Positions 25,140 to 38,967 of a stretch of DNA of 64,000 nt are shown in pieces; within the stretch, counting starts at the first letter, position 1, and the number at the start of each line of letters is the position of its first letter. The translations under genes and the position numbers were made by a program. The notes below the pieces were generated by a model, which did no database searches, had not been told where the DNA came from, and saw only the letters and a program-made list of their open reading frames with translations. The stretch is from the NCBI RefSeq assembly GCF_006345805.1, contig NC_043001.1, positions 31,186,001 to 31,250,000 of the forward strand, in the 5' to 3' direction. The stretch is from Octopus sinensis (Eukaryota).

Positions 25140-25515
25140 ATAACAAAATAGCAAAGATAATTGTAAAAGTATAAAAGAACAAAATTGTAACAAAATAGAT
25201 TCAAATGTTCTATATCATTTAAATGCTAACAGGACTTCCGGATCACCTGGTAGATTGTGCGTGGCATTTATTAATCTTCAAGATTGCAGGATAATTGAAA
25301 ACAACAGCCTCATCCCTTAATGCTAACACGAAGGTCACTATTGTTAAACAACTACAACATCTTCCTGGTATAAGCTAGAAGAGCTCATCACACTTGCGGG
25401 TGTTTCTTTTATTTTATCGATCTCGGAAGGACTGAAAGTTAAGTGAGCAGACATAGGTGAAATTAGAACTCAGATTTTAAAAAGACGCAGCTATATAACA
25501 CCACGCATATTTGTC

Positions 25516-25670
25516 CGGGTTCTGTCCCACTGCGTGGCACCTTGGGCAAGTGTCTTCTACTATAGCCTCGGGCCGACCAAAGCCTTGTGAGTGGATTTAC
25601 CCAAGGTGCACGCAGTGGGACTGAACTGGGAACCATGTGGTTGGTAAGCACGCTACTTACCACACAGCCT
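25516..25670. mobile_element. Rearranged family C SINE (plus fragment joined to minus-strand head)
   Basis: 25516-25596 is the plus-strand CORE-like part. 25598-25670 is the reverse complement of the head. Confidence 0.75.
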
Positions 25671-28600
25671 GGTAATATTTTATTGAGCCCGAAAGGTTGG
25701 AAGGCAAAGTCGATATCTGCCAGGTCACCACCTTGTTCGCTACTCTAATATTAGTACAACGGAAAGGCGGCGAGCCGGCAGAATCGTTAGCTACGCCACG
25801 CAAAATGTTTAGCCGCATTTCGTCTATCTTTACGTTTTGAGTTCAAATTCCGCCGTTGTCAACTTTGCTTTCCATCATATGGCCAAATCACATCATGTAT
25901 TTATTTCATCAATCCAGAAAGACAAATCCAAATCCAACGAGATTTAATCAATTTCAACGAGCAGTGTTTTAAAGAAAGAAAAAAAAAATGAGGAAAAAAT
26001 GACATTTCGTAAAATAATCCCCATGACAATTATTTAATTATTTTTTCACGAACAAACACACAGACACATGCCTACAGGTCGGCACATGACGCAGTAGGAT
26101 GTCTGCACTGATTTTCCGCAGACTAACACATTATTATCTCACACTCCCAGTAGCATTGTCATTATAAGTCTTTAGGAAATGTGTCGGATGTAATCGTCTT
26201 AGTATCGACTTACTAAAAAAACTCTATAAATGGTAGAGTTCTCTCGTCATTCTGGCACACATAAGCAATAAGGGTGGCAGATTAGCAGAATCGTTAGCGC
26301 GTCGAATAAACAGCTTTGAATATCTTGTTACAGTTTTTTTTACATTCTGAGTTCAATTTTACTTTTCATCCTTTAGAGTTGCCAAATTAAAGTACCAGTT
26401 AAGTACCGACTAAATTGATACTTCATTTTAGTTCTATCAACAATAGTTTCTGTTCCTTGAGATTTATTAGAAATATTGGTATAAAAGACTATCGAATAAC
26501 ATTCTTCTCCAAATTTCGAACCTTACACCTGTTCTGGAAACTTTACTAGTAAAATAAGAGGTGTGTGTTGGTAGAATCGTGAGAGCGTTGAACAAAATGC
26601 CCTGTGTTATCCGGCTATTTCTGTTCTAGGTTCCTATCTCATCGAGGTCTAATTTGTCTTTTCTCCTTCCGTGGTCGATTAAATAAGGTGCAAGTCAATG
26701 GTGGTAGATTGATAGAAACGCTAGAACGTTGTACAAAATGACGTGTGATATTTGAAAAGTCTTTTTACGTTCTAAGTTCACTAGCTACTACACTGTTACC
26801 AAGCTATATCAGTCCTTGACTGTCTACTGGACAACATCAGGGACGTTGAGATGAGACACTTGCTGTTTGGGCAACTGCTAGTCGTCTATTAAAAGCCTGG
26901 CCAAGGCCTTTCTCCTGGAGACGGAGGATATTTCCAACATTTGGTAGTCAAGCTTATCAGACGCAAGCCTTAATAGCACAACCACTAAAATATTTGACAA
27001 GTTGGTAGTTAAGAACCTTCTATTGGGAATAGCCACAACTGTATAGGGTAGGAAACTAGATTGGCCCAGAGTAAAAGTAAGTTTGGAAAGTTGAACGAAA
27101 TAAGGAATAAACCAATGAATAATCTGTAATGTAAATACTCATGGTCGGTCTCAGTAAAGGTAGTATTTAGCTAGATGAATGAAATGTGAGAAGACTTTGT
27201 GATTGGCAACCCTAACAAAAGATTTCATTATATGAATTCAATGGATGAAAATATCGCCTGAGGCGGTAGATATGTAAATCAATATTTCCATCTAAATTGA
27301 TAGGTTTATTGATGTTCTGGTTCTTTGGCTAACGGGTAAAATGAACATCTTGACAGTCATGGAAGTATTAAAAAAGGTGTATCGATTCAGAGACAAACCA
27401 GAAGAGCCAGTAGTTCACTTTCTGCATATATCAGCCTCCCAAAGGAAGTGCCAAAGACTAAATATTTCGCCTAATTTATACTTTCCCTCGAGGCAGAGAA
27501 ACTGACATGTAGCAAAGAATAATAGCACCAACTGTTTGACCGATATTGGATAAAATTATTTCAGATAAACACTATATGTTAAGTTGGCAAGAAGAACCTA
27601 ACAAAAACTTTTATAATCGAAATTATTCTTTAGATTCCGAAGAAATTAATAATTGTACGAGTATGAGTCATTCGAAAATATTAGATGGGAAAGTTTGATA
27701 TGCTGTGTAAGAAGGAAGAGGTACGTGAGTAATGATTTCACTTGCTCTCCTTCACCTGGTGGAGACTCAGCAAAATTATTAATAACAGCAGTGACATTTA
27801 CAGCTTTGATGAGAAATTGTAGGCGTTCAGGGTTGAAATTGATTTCTAACATAGACGCAAGGCTTCAAATTTTGGGAATGGATTTTGTCAATTAAGATCG
27901 ACGTTAATTGTGGACTAATGCTAATTTTTATTGACTCCCCCTTAGGTTGAAAAATTAACTTTAGCATTGGCGGGATTCGATGTCAGAACGTGAAGAAGTC
28001 TTAATGCATATATCGAAAATATTTTAATAATTTTTGGTTTGAATTCTTTTCGTTAAAACCGAAAATTAGAGCCGGAATCGGAGTTCTTTAGTTGCATGGC
28101 GATCGCGATTTTGACGCTAATTTGAATGTCTTTAAATTCACTGTTGCCGATATCATTTACAGAAAACTTTATGGAATTTTTATAGAATAACGAAGGAAAA
28201 TTATTTACTTGAGATTCAATACAACAAAGGAATTAACAAATTTTATAGTTTGAAAACATATTTGTTGTGATAAAGAATCTCGGAGAAAGAAGTCGAGTGA
28301 GAGTACGTATTCAGTAAGCAGATATTAGCTAATTATAACATTCTTTTGCAGCAAAATGTTTATACATGCTATTATGTAGGCCTCTGTCAGGTAGGCCTAT
28401 GGAAGCAAGTATGCAACCAAATAGTCGGTACGACTCTTTTTTTGAATTTTCACTTATCCAACGCCTCTGCTTAAGAACTATAATGCACTCTATTACACGC
28501 AATGGTCAATTTTATGATTACAGCGTAATAATCTGGACATGTTGCATTCTCTCTACTGTTCAGTTTACTTTTGTACGCCTGTCGATTCTTAGTGGTGGTC

Positions 28601-28799
28601 ACAAAAGAGGAAGATGAAGTAAACTTGATCAGAGCGCGGTAATTGCTATTCCCTTTCATTTATTGCAATAGCGATTAGGATTTGTGATATTCTTGATGCT
28701 GTACCTATTTCTGTGTTGCCTGCGTATTTTAGGAAAAGAGGAGGTAGGCTGGGACAGATTAGCGTTTTTAGGATGCTGTTGTAGCAGCGTTCCAGGACA

Positions 28800-29097
28800 T
28801 CTTTATATATAAAAGTGAAGTTGTGTGTCTGTCTCCTACGATTTAGATTCCTAACTACTCCCACATTTTGCGGTGCAGTTTAACCAAAACCGGGTATCTT
28901 ATAGTTGTGATTCATATCGAGCCCTTCTGGGTATTAGCGCGCGTCTACGATGAGTCTACGATTTAAAAAAAAAATTACCATCAATTTTTCCCATTTTTAA
29001 TGCATTTTTTGCTATTATATAAGGGAAGTAACTCTCTAAAAATGCTTATATAGTTGTTTCCCTTACAAACCCGAGCAACGCCGGGCGATACTGCTAG
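28800..29097 (+). mobile_element. Non-autonomous Helitron
   Basis: 5' TC after host A, subterminal hairpin CCCGAGCAACGCCGGG, 3' CTAG before host T, no TSD. Confidence 0.9.
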
Positions 29098-29219
29098 TTG
29101 AATATAAGCATGAGTGTTTGAGGTGATTTAGGCTGTAGAACAACCAAAGGTCACTGTCTCGATAACAAACTGTGCTTCTTGCATGTCCAGATGATAATCT
29201 TTCATTTTTTTTTGGTTTC

Positions 29220-30320
29220 ATTATATAGGTGATTTGTGTACAGCCTACGATGATGCCTTATATGCTGTTTTGTGTATGCTGTTTTGTGTATTTGTTGTCT
29301 ATTGGAGTTTGATGAGAGCGAAGTTGGTCCGGCGCAACCTATGATGGCGCTAACATATTGTTTTTACAGTATAATTATTTCTTTCCGTTGGTCAAGTGTG
29401 ATTCCAACGAATACTTTAAGTATGGTCATTTGGTTGTTCCCTTTATTATGCCTTTTAAGTGTATTTTGACTGTTGTAGGTAAGGTGTATTCTAAGTACCT
29501 ACTAGGCATTTTTATCTTCTGTTAATGTGTGATATACGTTTACGTTAAGTGTGATGGATAGAAGGATAAATGGTTGTTTTTTGTTTGTTTTTGTTGTTGT
29601 TGTTTTTTTCTGTTCTGCAGTGTTTCTGGTATGAAAGGAGTCAATAGATTTTTGTGGATGCCACTTTAAACCTTTTGTTTTAGAACCAGTTTTTAGGTAG
29701 TTGTAGAATTAGAATAGTTAGTTGTTCAACCATGTCTGAAGAATCATAAGTGGTTGTGAGATATGATGAAATGTGGGAATTGTAACATATATGAAAAAGA
29801 GGGAGTGAAATCCATATGGAAACGTTTTTGTATACCTATTTCTTTACTGCCCACAAGGGGCTAAACACAGAGGGGACAAACAAGGACAGACAAATGGATT
29901 TAGTCGATTATATCGACCCCAGTGCGTAACTGGTACTTATTTAATCGCCCCCGAAAGGATGAAAAGCAAAGTCGACCTCGGCGGAATTTGAACTCAGAAC
30001 GTAACGGCAGACGAAATACGGCTACGCATTTCGCCCGGCGTGCTAACAATTCTGCCAGCTCGCCGCCTTAACGTTTTTGTATACCGCTTGGGTTTGGCAG
30101 GTAGTGTGCTTACCAGTGCTGTGTGTTGTTTTTGTTTCTTTTTAAATAGTGTTGGCTAGTTTGTGTATAAAAGCGAGAAATGGAGTCAAAAGCTTTGTTG
30201 ATATGCATGGTTGTTAGGAAGACGCGTGTGGGAGGCTTTTGTTGTTGAAACCTTCATGTATTGTTTGTGCTCATTCAGTGTGGTTGTTGAACGTGGCGGT
30301 CTGAAATATTGATTTATTTG
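29220..30320 (-). pseudogene. Decayed LINE reverse transcriptase (I/Jockey-group-like), interrupted by a SINE
   Basis: Minus-strand frameshifted motifs FRPPRSTTT, EGFNNKSLPH, INKAFDSI (DISKAFD-like) and SAIIGC. Confidence 0.6.
29837..30069 (-). mobile_element. Full family A SINE with 16-bp TSD
   Basis: TSD AACGTTTTTGTATACC at 29821-29836 and 30070-30085. Confidence 0.93.
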
Positions 30321-30570
30321 CTGTGCTATATATTTCCTGTAGCTATTTCTCTTTTAATCTCATCTTTAAATTTCTATTTACTGAAGATTTTTATTTTGTT
30401 AAATGTTATAAATTTTAAAACTTGCAGTATATGAATGATGTATACGATCAATAATTAGTTTGTTAATCTGGATGATTGACTAAAACAAACCAGCGAAACC
30501 TAATGTTTATCCCGTTCTCTTTCCCATCCCATCATCTTTTATATATCATAAAATTTCATTTACATTTAAA

Positions 30571-30627
<57 letters not shown>

Positions 30628-30800
30628 TATATATATATATATATATATCCTTCCACATGCAAATCCCAGGCGAGAGCGTATAAGACTTACATAATATTTG
30701 CAGAAGCTGTCAAAATCTATTCAGGCGATACATCTGCTAGTACAAACATGTATACGAAAATGCTCACGAAGTCAATCAGAAGCAAACGAACACAGGCACG

Positions 30801-30839
<39 letters not shown>

Positions 30840-31884
30840 ATACACACACACACACACACCACATGTACGCGCGCGCACACATCAATTGAGCAGGAATTAA
30901 TTTCAAAGTAGATTGTCGTTTTTAGATTTCTACAATTTTTAGAGTTTTAGATGTCTACGATTTTCACATATCAATTTCGTGTTGCAATCGAATTTAATAT
31001 AGAATGAAATCTAAATTTCCATGCCATTAATTTCTCTATAATCTAACTAGGAGTTATCGGAGATCTAGGAAACGTTTGTAAGATCTATTTTTTACTAATT
31101 GCCTCATCAAGATAATACCACTACATAATAACGTACCGGAGATAGCATCAAATTTAGTTTCTCGTTAATTTAACCTCCATTTTTCACTGTGCACAGCTTA
31201 ATTTACTTGATAACGAGTGTACGGACAGGAAGTACAGAAGAGTTTTATCAGATAAATTTAATATAAACCACTATTGCTCTTACTATCTCGTTACGTAGGT
31301 TATAGCAATATCTAGAAAATGTATTTTTTGTATTTTCATTCTGCACTCGTGTTATACTTCAAAGTATCTTCTAAATTTGATTATCTTTATTTATAATGCA
31401 ATATTACAGAATACGAAGTCAGAGCAAACCCAGTCTGTCAACAGGTAAAATGGCGGTGATTTGTATCATTTCTTCCACCAATCTTGTGCTGTCTGTGACC
31501 AAGTCACTTTTCACTGGCATAGTCCATCAAGCAGTAAAATGGTCCAATAGGTAAACTTTAAATCGCGAAACTCGCTAAACTAGGAAGTAGAATATAATCA
31601 ATGACTATTTTCTTTAACCTGCAGTTCTAAGTTCAAGTCCCCTTGAGGACCTTCTCGTAAAAGATCATGTTCCAGACCATTCTATCACCGTCATGTTCGA
31701 GTAGGTTCATATCAGTTTAACAGGCAGCTTTAGATATAGATGCGTCGGTGGCATGAACAGCGAGATTGCTCTCTGTGAGTTTTGAATTCAGAACACAGAG
31801 CTACCGAAATTTTCGTAAGATTCTTGCTACAATGCTCTAAAGAAACTACCGAACGACTGCACCCCTTTAATATGATTTAGCTTG

Positions 31885-32275
31885 CTTACGAACCACATGG
31901 TTCCGAGTTCAGTCCCACTGCGTGGCGCCTTGGGCATGTGTCTTCTACTATAGCCTCGGGCCGACCAAAGCCTTGTGAGTGGATTTGGTAGGCGGAAACT
32001 GAAAGAAGCCCGTCGTATATATGTATATATATATATATATATGCATGTGTGTGTATATGTTTGTGTGTCTGTGTTTGTCTCTCCAATATCGTTTGACGAC
32101 CGATGCTGGTGTGTTTACGTCCCCGTAACTTAGCGATTCAGCAAAAGAGAACCGATAGAGTAAGTACTAGGCTTACAAAGAATAAGTCCTGGGATCGATT
32201 TACTCGACTAAAGGCGATGCTCCAGCATGGCCACAGTCAAATGACTGAAACAAGTAAAAGAGTAAAAGAGTATAG
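31885..32275 (+). mobile_element. SINE family C, 5'-truncated
   Basis: CORE-like segment, TA tract, and tail CCAGCATGGCCACAGTCAAATGACTGAAACAAGTAAAAGAGTAAAAGAG. Confidence 0.9.
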
Positions 32276-34179
32276 TTAGAGAATCTACTTTGTAAGTACT
32301 TATGTAATGCTATGCTATGGTTGAAACTGATAATCATTTAGACCTGTTTCATATGGACGACATTTTACTAATCGACTGTTTGCTTCCCATATATGTGCGA
32401 CCTTGTGGCGATATTAGATATAATATTATCATTCAAGACTTAAACTGAACACATGGCAAGCACCAACCAACGAGAGCTAAGAATGGATATATTCCACTAT
32501 CTTAACTTTTTTAATATATCATCGTCTTAAGTGCATGCACTATTTTAACATTTGTAAATGCTAAAATGTTAAGAGGGCCCTTTACACTCTTATTCTATGA
32601 TTAATAATTCTACTTTAGCAGCAGTTATAGGTACAGCAGCTGCAGTTATTTAATCATACAGACACTATTTTGCTCATAACGGCTATTTGAAAATATCTTT
32701 TCACTAGGTGCGGTTTTTTATGCTAGAATTGCGTATGAATTAGATCAATATATTTCAGGTTCTTTGTTGTTTTACTGACCTCACTGGTGAACAGGTGAAC
32801 ATATTAATACTTATTTGATTCCAACTTCACGATTAAGCATATAAATTGATTATCTACAATTTACACCATAAATATAGTAAAACTAACCAAGAAGGGAGCA
32901 TTCGGCCTGGTAGACAAAGCAGCCAAATTTTCCCCACATTACTCTTTGACATCTTTAATAAGAAAAGGATACATAAGAGACTATAGTTCTACATACTACC
33001 ACAAGACGGGATGGTCATGACCGGAATGTTTTTAATTATAGATTTGCCCAAAAGGAGCAAAAGAACAACTTCTGTATGTTAGAATGTTGAAACTGGCTGT
33101 CCTAAAAAGATGTAGACAGCCGACTGAACGGTAATCTGTTCATTGTGTCCATATTTTTTAAAGATCTTAATTCGCGCTGGCTCATCAGTTTTACTGTATA
33201 TAAATAATGGGAACACTATAGCGTAAACTAACTGTCATCTTAGAAATAGGTTTCGGTCCTCTTATGTATCTGAAGTAATAGCAAAACATCTCTATGTATC
33301 ACTCCATCCGAATATCTCCTAAAATTGACAGAACCACTACGAGCTCAATCCCACAACGACGTCTACGATAAAGCAAACAGCAAAGAAGAAAGCAAAATAA
33401 AAAATAGGAGTCAAGTGTTCTTCAGTGACGAAAAACGAAACATTTCATATTGTAAAGAGGCGTTATTTTAAAAACTTTTTCTTCCTCCGGGATTTCAGTT
33501 TTCCCCAACTCAGCAGTCATCTACTAAAGACCTTATTTACACTTCTGTATAAAGACATTTTAGCACGGTTGAATACCAGACTCGGTGGAGCGTCGAACAA
33601 ACTGCCGAGCGGTATTTAGTTACGTCCTTTTACATTATAAGTTCAAATCCCACCGGGGTTGGCTTTGCCTTTCATTCTCTGGGGTCCATATATAAGTATT
33701 TGTCAAGTATAAGAGTCTATTCAACTATTCCCTTCCCCAGTATCTGTGGATTTGTGTTGATGTCAGAAATCATTATGATGGCGCTCAAGATTTCAAAGCG
33801 AATACATATGACAAGCCCCTACAGCAGAGAATTAAGAAAGGAAATATACCCACCAGCTTACTGATAATGTAACATCGACACAGTGCCCTATATGCACTAT
33901 CTTAACACGCATAAACTATTGCAAAAATAATACTTGTCAAAAGCTAATATATATAACGGCCATTTGCAGTTCTTTTTACATATACGAGGGACGAAATTAC
34001 ACTGTGGGATGCGTAGATTTCTCAAAACATTACTAGTATATTTGAGATGGCTACAAATGGAAATAAAATCCATCGGTGGACTGGGACTGCAGTGAACCTA
34101 CCACAATTCAGAGTGATCGCTTTGGCATCCATATACTATTAAGATGAAGGTCTTGTAGGGAGAATGAGAATATTCTTTT

Positions 34180-34757
34180 CTTTTCTACTCTAGGCACAAG
34201 GTCCGAAATTTGGGGGGAGGGAGCCAGTCGACCCCAGAACGCAACTGGTACTAATTTATCGACCCCGAAAGAATGAAAGGCAAAGTCGGCCTAGGCGGAA
34301 TTTGAACCCAGAACGTAAAGACAGACGAAATACCTATTTCTATTTCTTTACAAGGATAGACAAACGGATTAAGTCGATTAGATCGACCCCAATACGTAAC
34401 TGGTACTTATTTAATCGACCCCGAAAGGATGAAAGGCGAAGTCGACCTCGGCGGAATTTGAACTCAGAACGTAGCGGCAGACGAAATACTGCTAAGCATT
34501 TCGCCTGGCGTGTTAACGTTTCCTATTTCTTTATTGCCCACAAAGAGCTAAACATCGAGGGGACAAACAAGGATAAACAAAGGGATTAAGTCGATTACAT
34601 CGACACCAGTGCGTAACTGGTACTTAATTTATCTACCCCGAAAGGAGGAAAGGCAAAGGTGACCTCGGCGGAATTTGAACTCAGAATGTAAAGACAGACG
34701 AAATATCGCTAAGCATTTCGCCCGGCGTGCTAACGTTTCCGCCGGCTCGCCGCCCTG
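34180..34757 (-). mobile_element. Trimeric family A SINE
   Basis: Three body units joined at AAAGAAATA|GG junctions (~34330 and ~34522). Confidence 0.88.
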
Positions 34758-35949
34758 GAGAATGAGAATATTATGTTAATAAGTTACTCGAGTGTATTAA
34801 CCATATAAATGAAATAAATAAGTTTCAATCAAAGCTAAAAGCATTATTATAGACATGGTTCGGAGGGAGCTCTCCTTTATTTTGCTATAATGGTTTTGTT
34901 TTCACTTAAAACAATGTCTGTATTTTTTATAGAAGAAAAAGAAATGCGATACTGTAATGTTCATACCTTTCATCTGAGGTTTTAACGGTATAACTGGACT
35001 AAACCTTAGGCTAACTAAAAGGTAACATATTAATGCATTGGGACCAACTCTGAGTAATTTATTCTCTAAATTAATTAACTTGGTTTACATCATCTTCTAC
35101 GGCATCCGGTGCTGCCTTACAATTGAGGTACAGGAATAGCTATGTATTCGGAAAAATGAATGCTAGTATACGATATCAATGTCTTTTTCACTTGCATTAG
35201 TGATACAATTATAGCGAATAAACTTCATAAAAGAATAATGTAGTTAAGAACTTAAGAGGATGTCCGACCTCCTCACTTCACCATCCACTTAACTACTCAG
35301 CCTATGAGAAAAAGTATGATATGCATATACACACATACATTCATACACATACTCAGATTCACAGGTGGCTGCGAGCCAACGAGGAAGCCTTTAGTCGGCG
35401 CTCGACCTACTTGTAGCAAGTTAAATCTGCTTTCCAGTTACACCCTACCGTGTGATTTAATGTACACTTGGTGATTTGAGGAACACATTGGACAATGTAG
35501 TTCTAGATATACCAAAATACAGGACTTGAGTCCAGACACGAACAGATAGTTACAGACATAAAAGAGTACTCACTGAAACAAACGTATACATAATTACACT
35601 TATAGGCAAAGACACGTCAGCAAAAAAATACCTTTGTGAAAACTGTGTTTCCACTTTCAGATTCTTCCTTGAGGAAGAAAGTAGTCCTGACTAGGAAAGA
35701 AAACCAGACTACCACCGTTGCGCAGTAAAGCAATGATTTTCAACTATTTGTAACCCAGCGTCCATTTCACAGAATGGCGTTTTACAAAAGCCTCCTACCC
35801 TTGCTTTGAGAAAAAAAAACGGTATATAATTTTATTCAACAGATGTTAATTCTGCACGGTGGTTTTAACTCTGTTCTATATTTAAGAGATGAGGATTTAT
35901 GTATATTATTTACATTAGACGGATATTTGTCCTCATCTTGTTTGTTGCT

Positions 35950-35995
35950 AACACAACTTTTCGGCTGATATACCCTCCAACCTTCGTCAGGTGTC
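35950..35995 (-). ncRNA. Hammerhead motif (HH2), stem III mutated
   Basis: Minus strand reads GACAC CTGACGA A GGTTG gagggtatat CAGCC GAAA AGT T GTGTT, with C15.2 changed to A. Confidence 0.6.
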
Positions 35996-36100
35996 TTGGG
36001 GAAATTTCGAACCTGGGTTCTCATTCCTAAGGTAAATAATAATAATAACAACATCGAAAAATACTTTAGGAATGAGAACCCAGGTTCGAAATTTCCCCAA

Positions 36101-36146
36101 GACACCTGAAGAATGCTGGAGGATATATCAGCCGAAACGTTGTGTT
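36101..36146 (+). ncRNA. Minimal type-I hammerhead (HH2)
   Basis: GACAC CTGAAGA A TGCTG gaggatatat CAGCC GAAA CGT T GTGTT. 5-bp stem I, palindromic ACGT stem III, GUU triplet. Confidence 0.75.
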
Positions 36147-36544
36147 AACAACAAAGATGAGGACAAATATCCGTCGAATGTAAATAATGTAAATAAGGGT
36201 TTTAACTCTGTTTTCATTTACTATCCCACATGGTGTGTGCCTTGTTTTTCAATATTTACATTTACTAACGCCTCTTATGTTAAATTATTATGAAAATTAT
36301 TGAAGTAGGTGAGGGGTTTATATGAAAAAATTATATTGGAACTTGATGTATTATCAGATATGTTTCTGTTCACTGATAACACAACGATGTTTTTTTTTTT
36401 TTTATCTCGAATAGCATATTTTTTAATGTGGTTTAAAATGTAAGTATTGCACCTGGATAAAATATTTTATTTCTTAGAAAACTCGTAACCCCCTGCATTC
36501 CCAGCGTTTTCTTCATACTTGCTGTCATTCTGTGACCTCCTAAC

Positions 36545-37360
36545 CAGTGGCGTAGCTGATACGGGAGCAAGAGGAGTGACCACCCCATTGAACACAATAT
36601 TCAAAATTGGCGCCTTTTCACATTTTTTAAACTCTTTAGTTACCTATATCAGTACTTGTAAGTTTCATATGTAATGACATTGCTACTGAAACATGAAATT
36701 AATGAATATAGAATACAATCATGTACAATGAAATATTTCACGTAATATAAGAGAGATGAATTAAAAATTATTTAGTACCGTAAATCCTCGAGTATAATCC
36801 GCACTTTTTTCCCAAAATTTAAAGGTCAAAATCCCTAGTGCGTACTATATATGAGGTTAAAAATGAAAAATATTTTCTAAGCAATATCCGAGTCTCTATT
36901 TGCTGTCCGGCAACATTTATTCAGACGCATTTTGTGATGTCGGGCGCGAAAATACCTTAAGCTAAGCCTGAAAGCAATGAAGTCATAAAAGAATCATCCA
37001 TAACTTGCAGTAAGCAACATTTATTAAAATAAAAGTATTCAGAACACAGAATAACATGTAAAACAATTTGTAAACATATTTACATTCCCATATAACAGTT
37101 AAGAACATCACCATTATTGTATTACGCATGTGCGGAAGTGTTTGTTCGGCTAGGTGCTGCTGGCTTAATTACGCACGGCTCAAGTTAGAGAAGGGGTGCG
37201 TATTATACACAAGGTTTAGGTTTTTCAGAGGTACAGCCCCCTAAAAATCCCCTGCGTATTATACTCAAGGGCAGACTATTCTCGAAGATTTACGGTATGT
37301 ATCAAGGCGCCTTTTTCATGCGCTCGCGCCCCTTAACTTTAGAACCTGGCTACACCTTTG
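36545..37360. mobile_element. Old hAT-like MITE relic hosting the Tc2-type MITE
   Basis: CAGTGGCGTAGC versus GCTACACCTTTG (3 mismatches to a perfect TIR). The possible 8-bp TSD is degenerate (CTCCTAAC / CTCAAAAT). Confidence 0.45.
36778..37295. mobile_element. Tc2-type MITE, second copy
   Basis: TA-CCGTAAATCCTCGAG ... CTCGAAGATTTACGG-TA. The ends are shared with 4042-4553. Confidence 0.88.
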
Positions 37361-37441
37361 CTCAAAATGCATCAGTTGGAACATTACTGCCTAGATTAAA
37401 AACTACCAGTATAGAAGCTAACTTATTGATTCACCAGTGTA

Positions 37442-37528
<87 letters not shown>

Positions 37529-37736
37529 ACAATAGTAAATGTCCCTTCTTTTGTCAATAAAGTATCGAGTGTTTAATAACGTAACCACTATTTTTGAACA
37601 TTCGCTGTACATACGTCTGTGTGAGTGTGTGCTATTACTATTCAGAACATTTGTTTTTTATTGAATAAAATATTCTTTTGATCTTCTTTGTACACATGCG
37701 AGCATGAAAACGACTACATCAATAATATCTATCTAT

Positions 37737-38027
<291 letters not shown>

Positions 38028-38038
38028 GAGACAGAGAC

Positions 38039-38084
<46 letters not shown>

Positions 38085-38389
38085 AATTATATGAGCAGTT
38101 AATATGGCAGAGAGATCAACCTACTGATGGATCTAAAAACACATGATTAAGTTACTAACCAGATATTACGCGATTGATTGTTACTGTTGCTATACATTTG
38201 CCTGTCGTATAGGAGCTAGGTCGAGTAGAATGATCGGTTGTTGTCGTTTTTTTATTTATCACCTTATCGACCGTAATAGATCAAATGTATAATCAAAGGC
38301 ATTTCAACCATGACCATCCCGTCTGTTTTTCGGAGGAGGATGAAGGAAAACATTATTTTACACTTTTCTTATCATTCACCTTTATCTTT

Positions 38390-38760
38390 TACTTGTTTTA
38401 GTCACTGGACTGCAGCCATGCTGGAGCACCGCCTTGAAGGGTTTTAGTCGAACAAATCGACCCTAGCATTTTAAAGTTTGATACGTTATAGTATCGAGTC
38501 TCTTTTGTCGAATAGCTTAGTTGCGGAGGCGTAAACAAACCGATATCGGTTGTCAAGCAGTGGTGACGTACAAATACACACACACACACACATATACGGT
38601 GGGTTTCCTCACAGTTTCCGACTACCAAATTAATTCTTCATGCATTGGTTGACCCTGAGCTGCAGTAGGAGGTATTTATTTACCCAACGTACAGCGCATT
38701 GGGGCTGAACTCAAAACCACGTGGTTGCAAAGCGGGCTTCTTAACCATACAGCCTTCGCT
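38390..38760 (-). mobile_element. SINE family C, decayed
   Basis: GCAGCCATGCTGGAGCACCGCC is the reverse-complemented tail. Head remnants lie near 38700-38755. Confidence 0.75.
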
Positions 38761-38967
38761 ACAATATTTCAGTAGAAACGCACTACCTTTGTTTCAATTA
38801 ATTTTGAAGAAATAATGAAGAATTTAATAGCATAACTTTGTCAATATTATTACGGTGATGTTTCGAAAATAATTGAACTTGAAATTTCGGTAGAATTGGG
38901 AAATGAGGCACGGTCTCACATGAGATGGTAATGAAAAGTTTAACGTGTCCTTCGTTATACAAAACGA

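Larger units (their letters stand above)
35876..36197. mobile_element. Head-to-head inverted pair (family HH2) with 15-bp flanking direct repeat
   Basis: Minus arm to ~36033 and plus arm from ~36063. GGTTTTAACTCTGTT occurs at 35861-35875 and 36198-36212. Confidence 0.85.

Noticed and set aside
29736-29771. Hammerhead-like CTGAAGA-ATCATA..TATGAT-GAAA
   Set aside because: There is no convincing stem I or III, and it lies antisense within a LINE RT relic, so it is probably chance.
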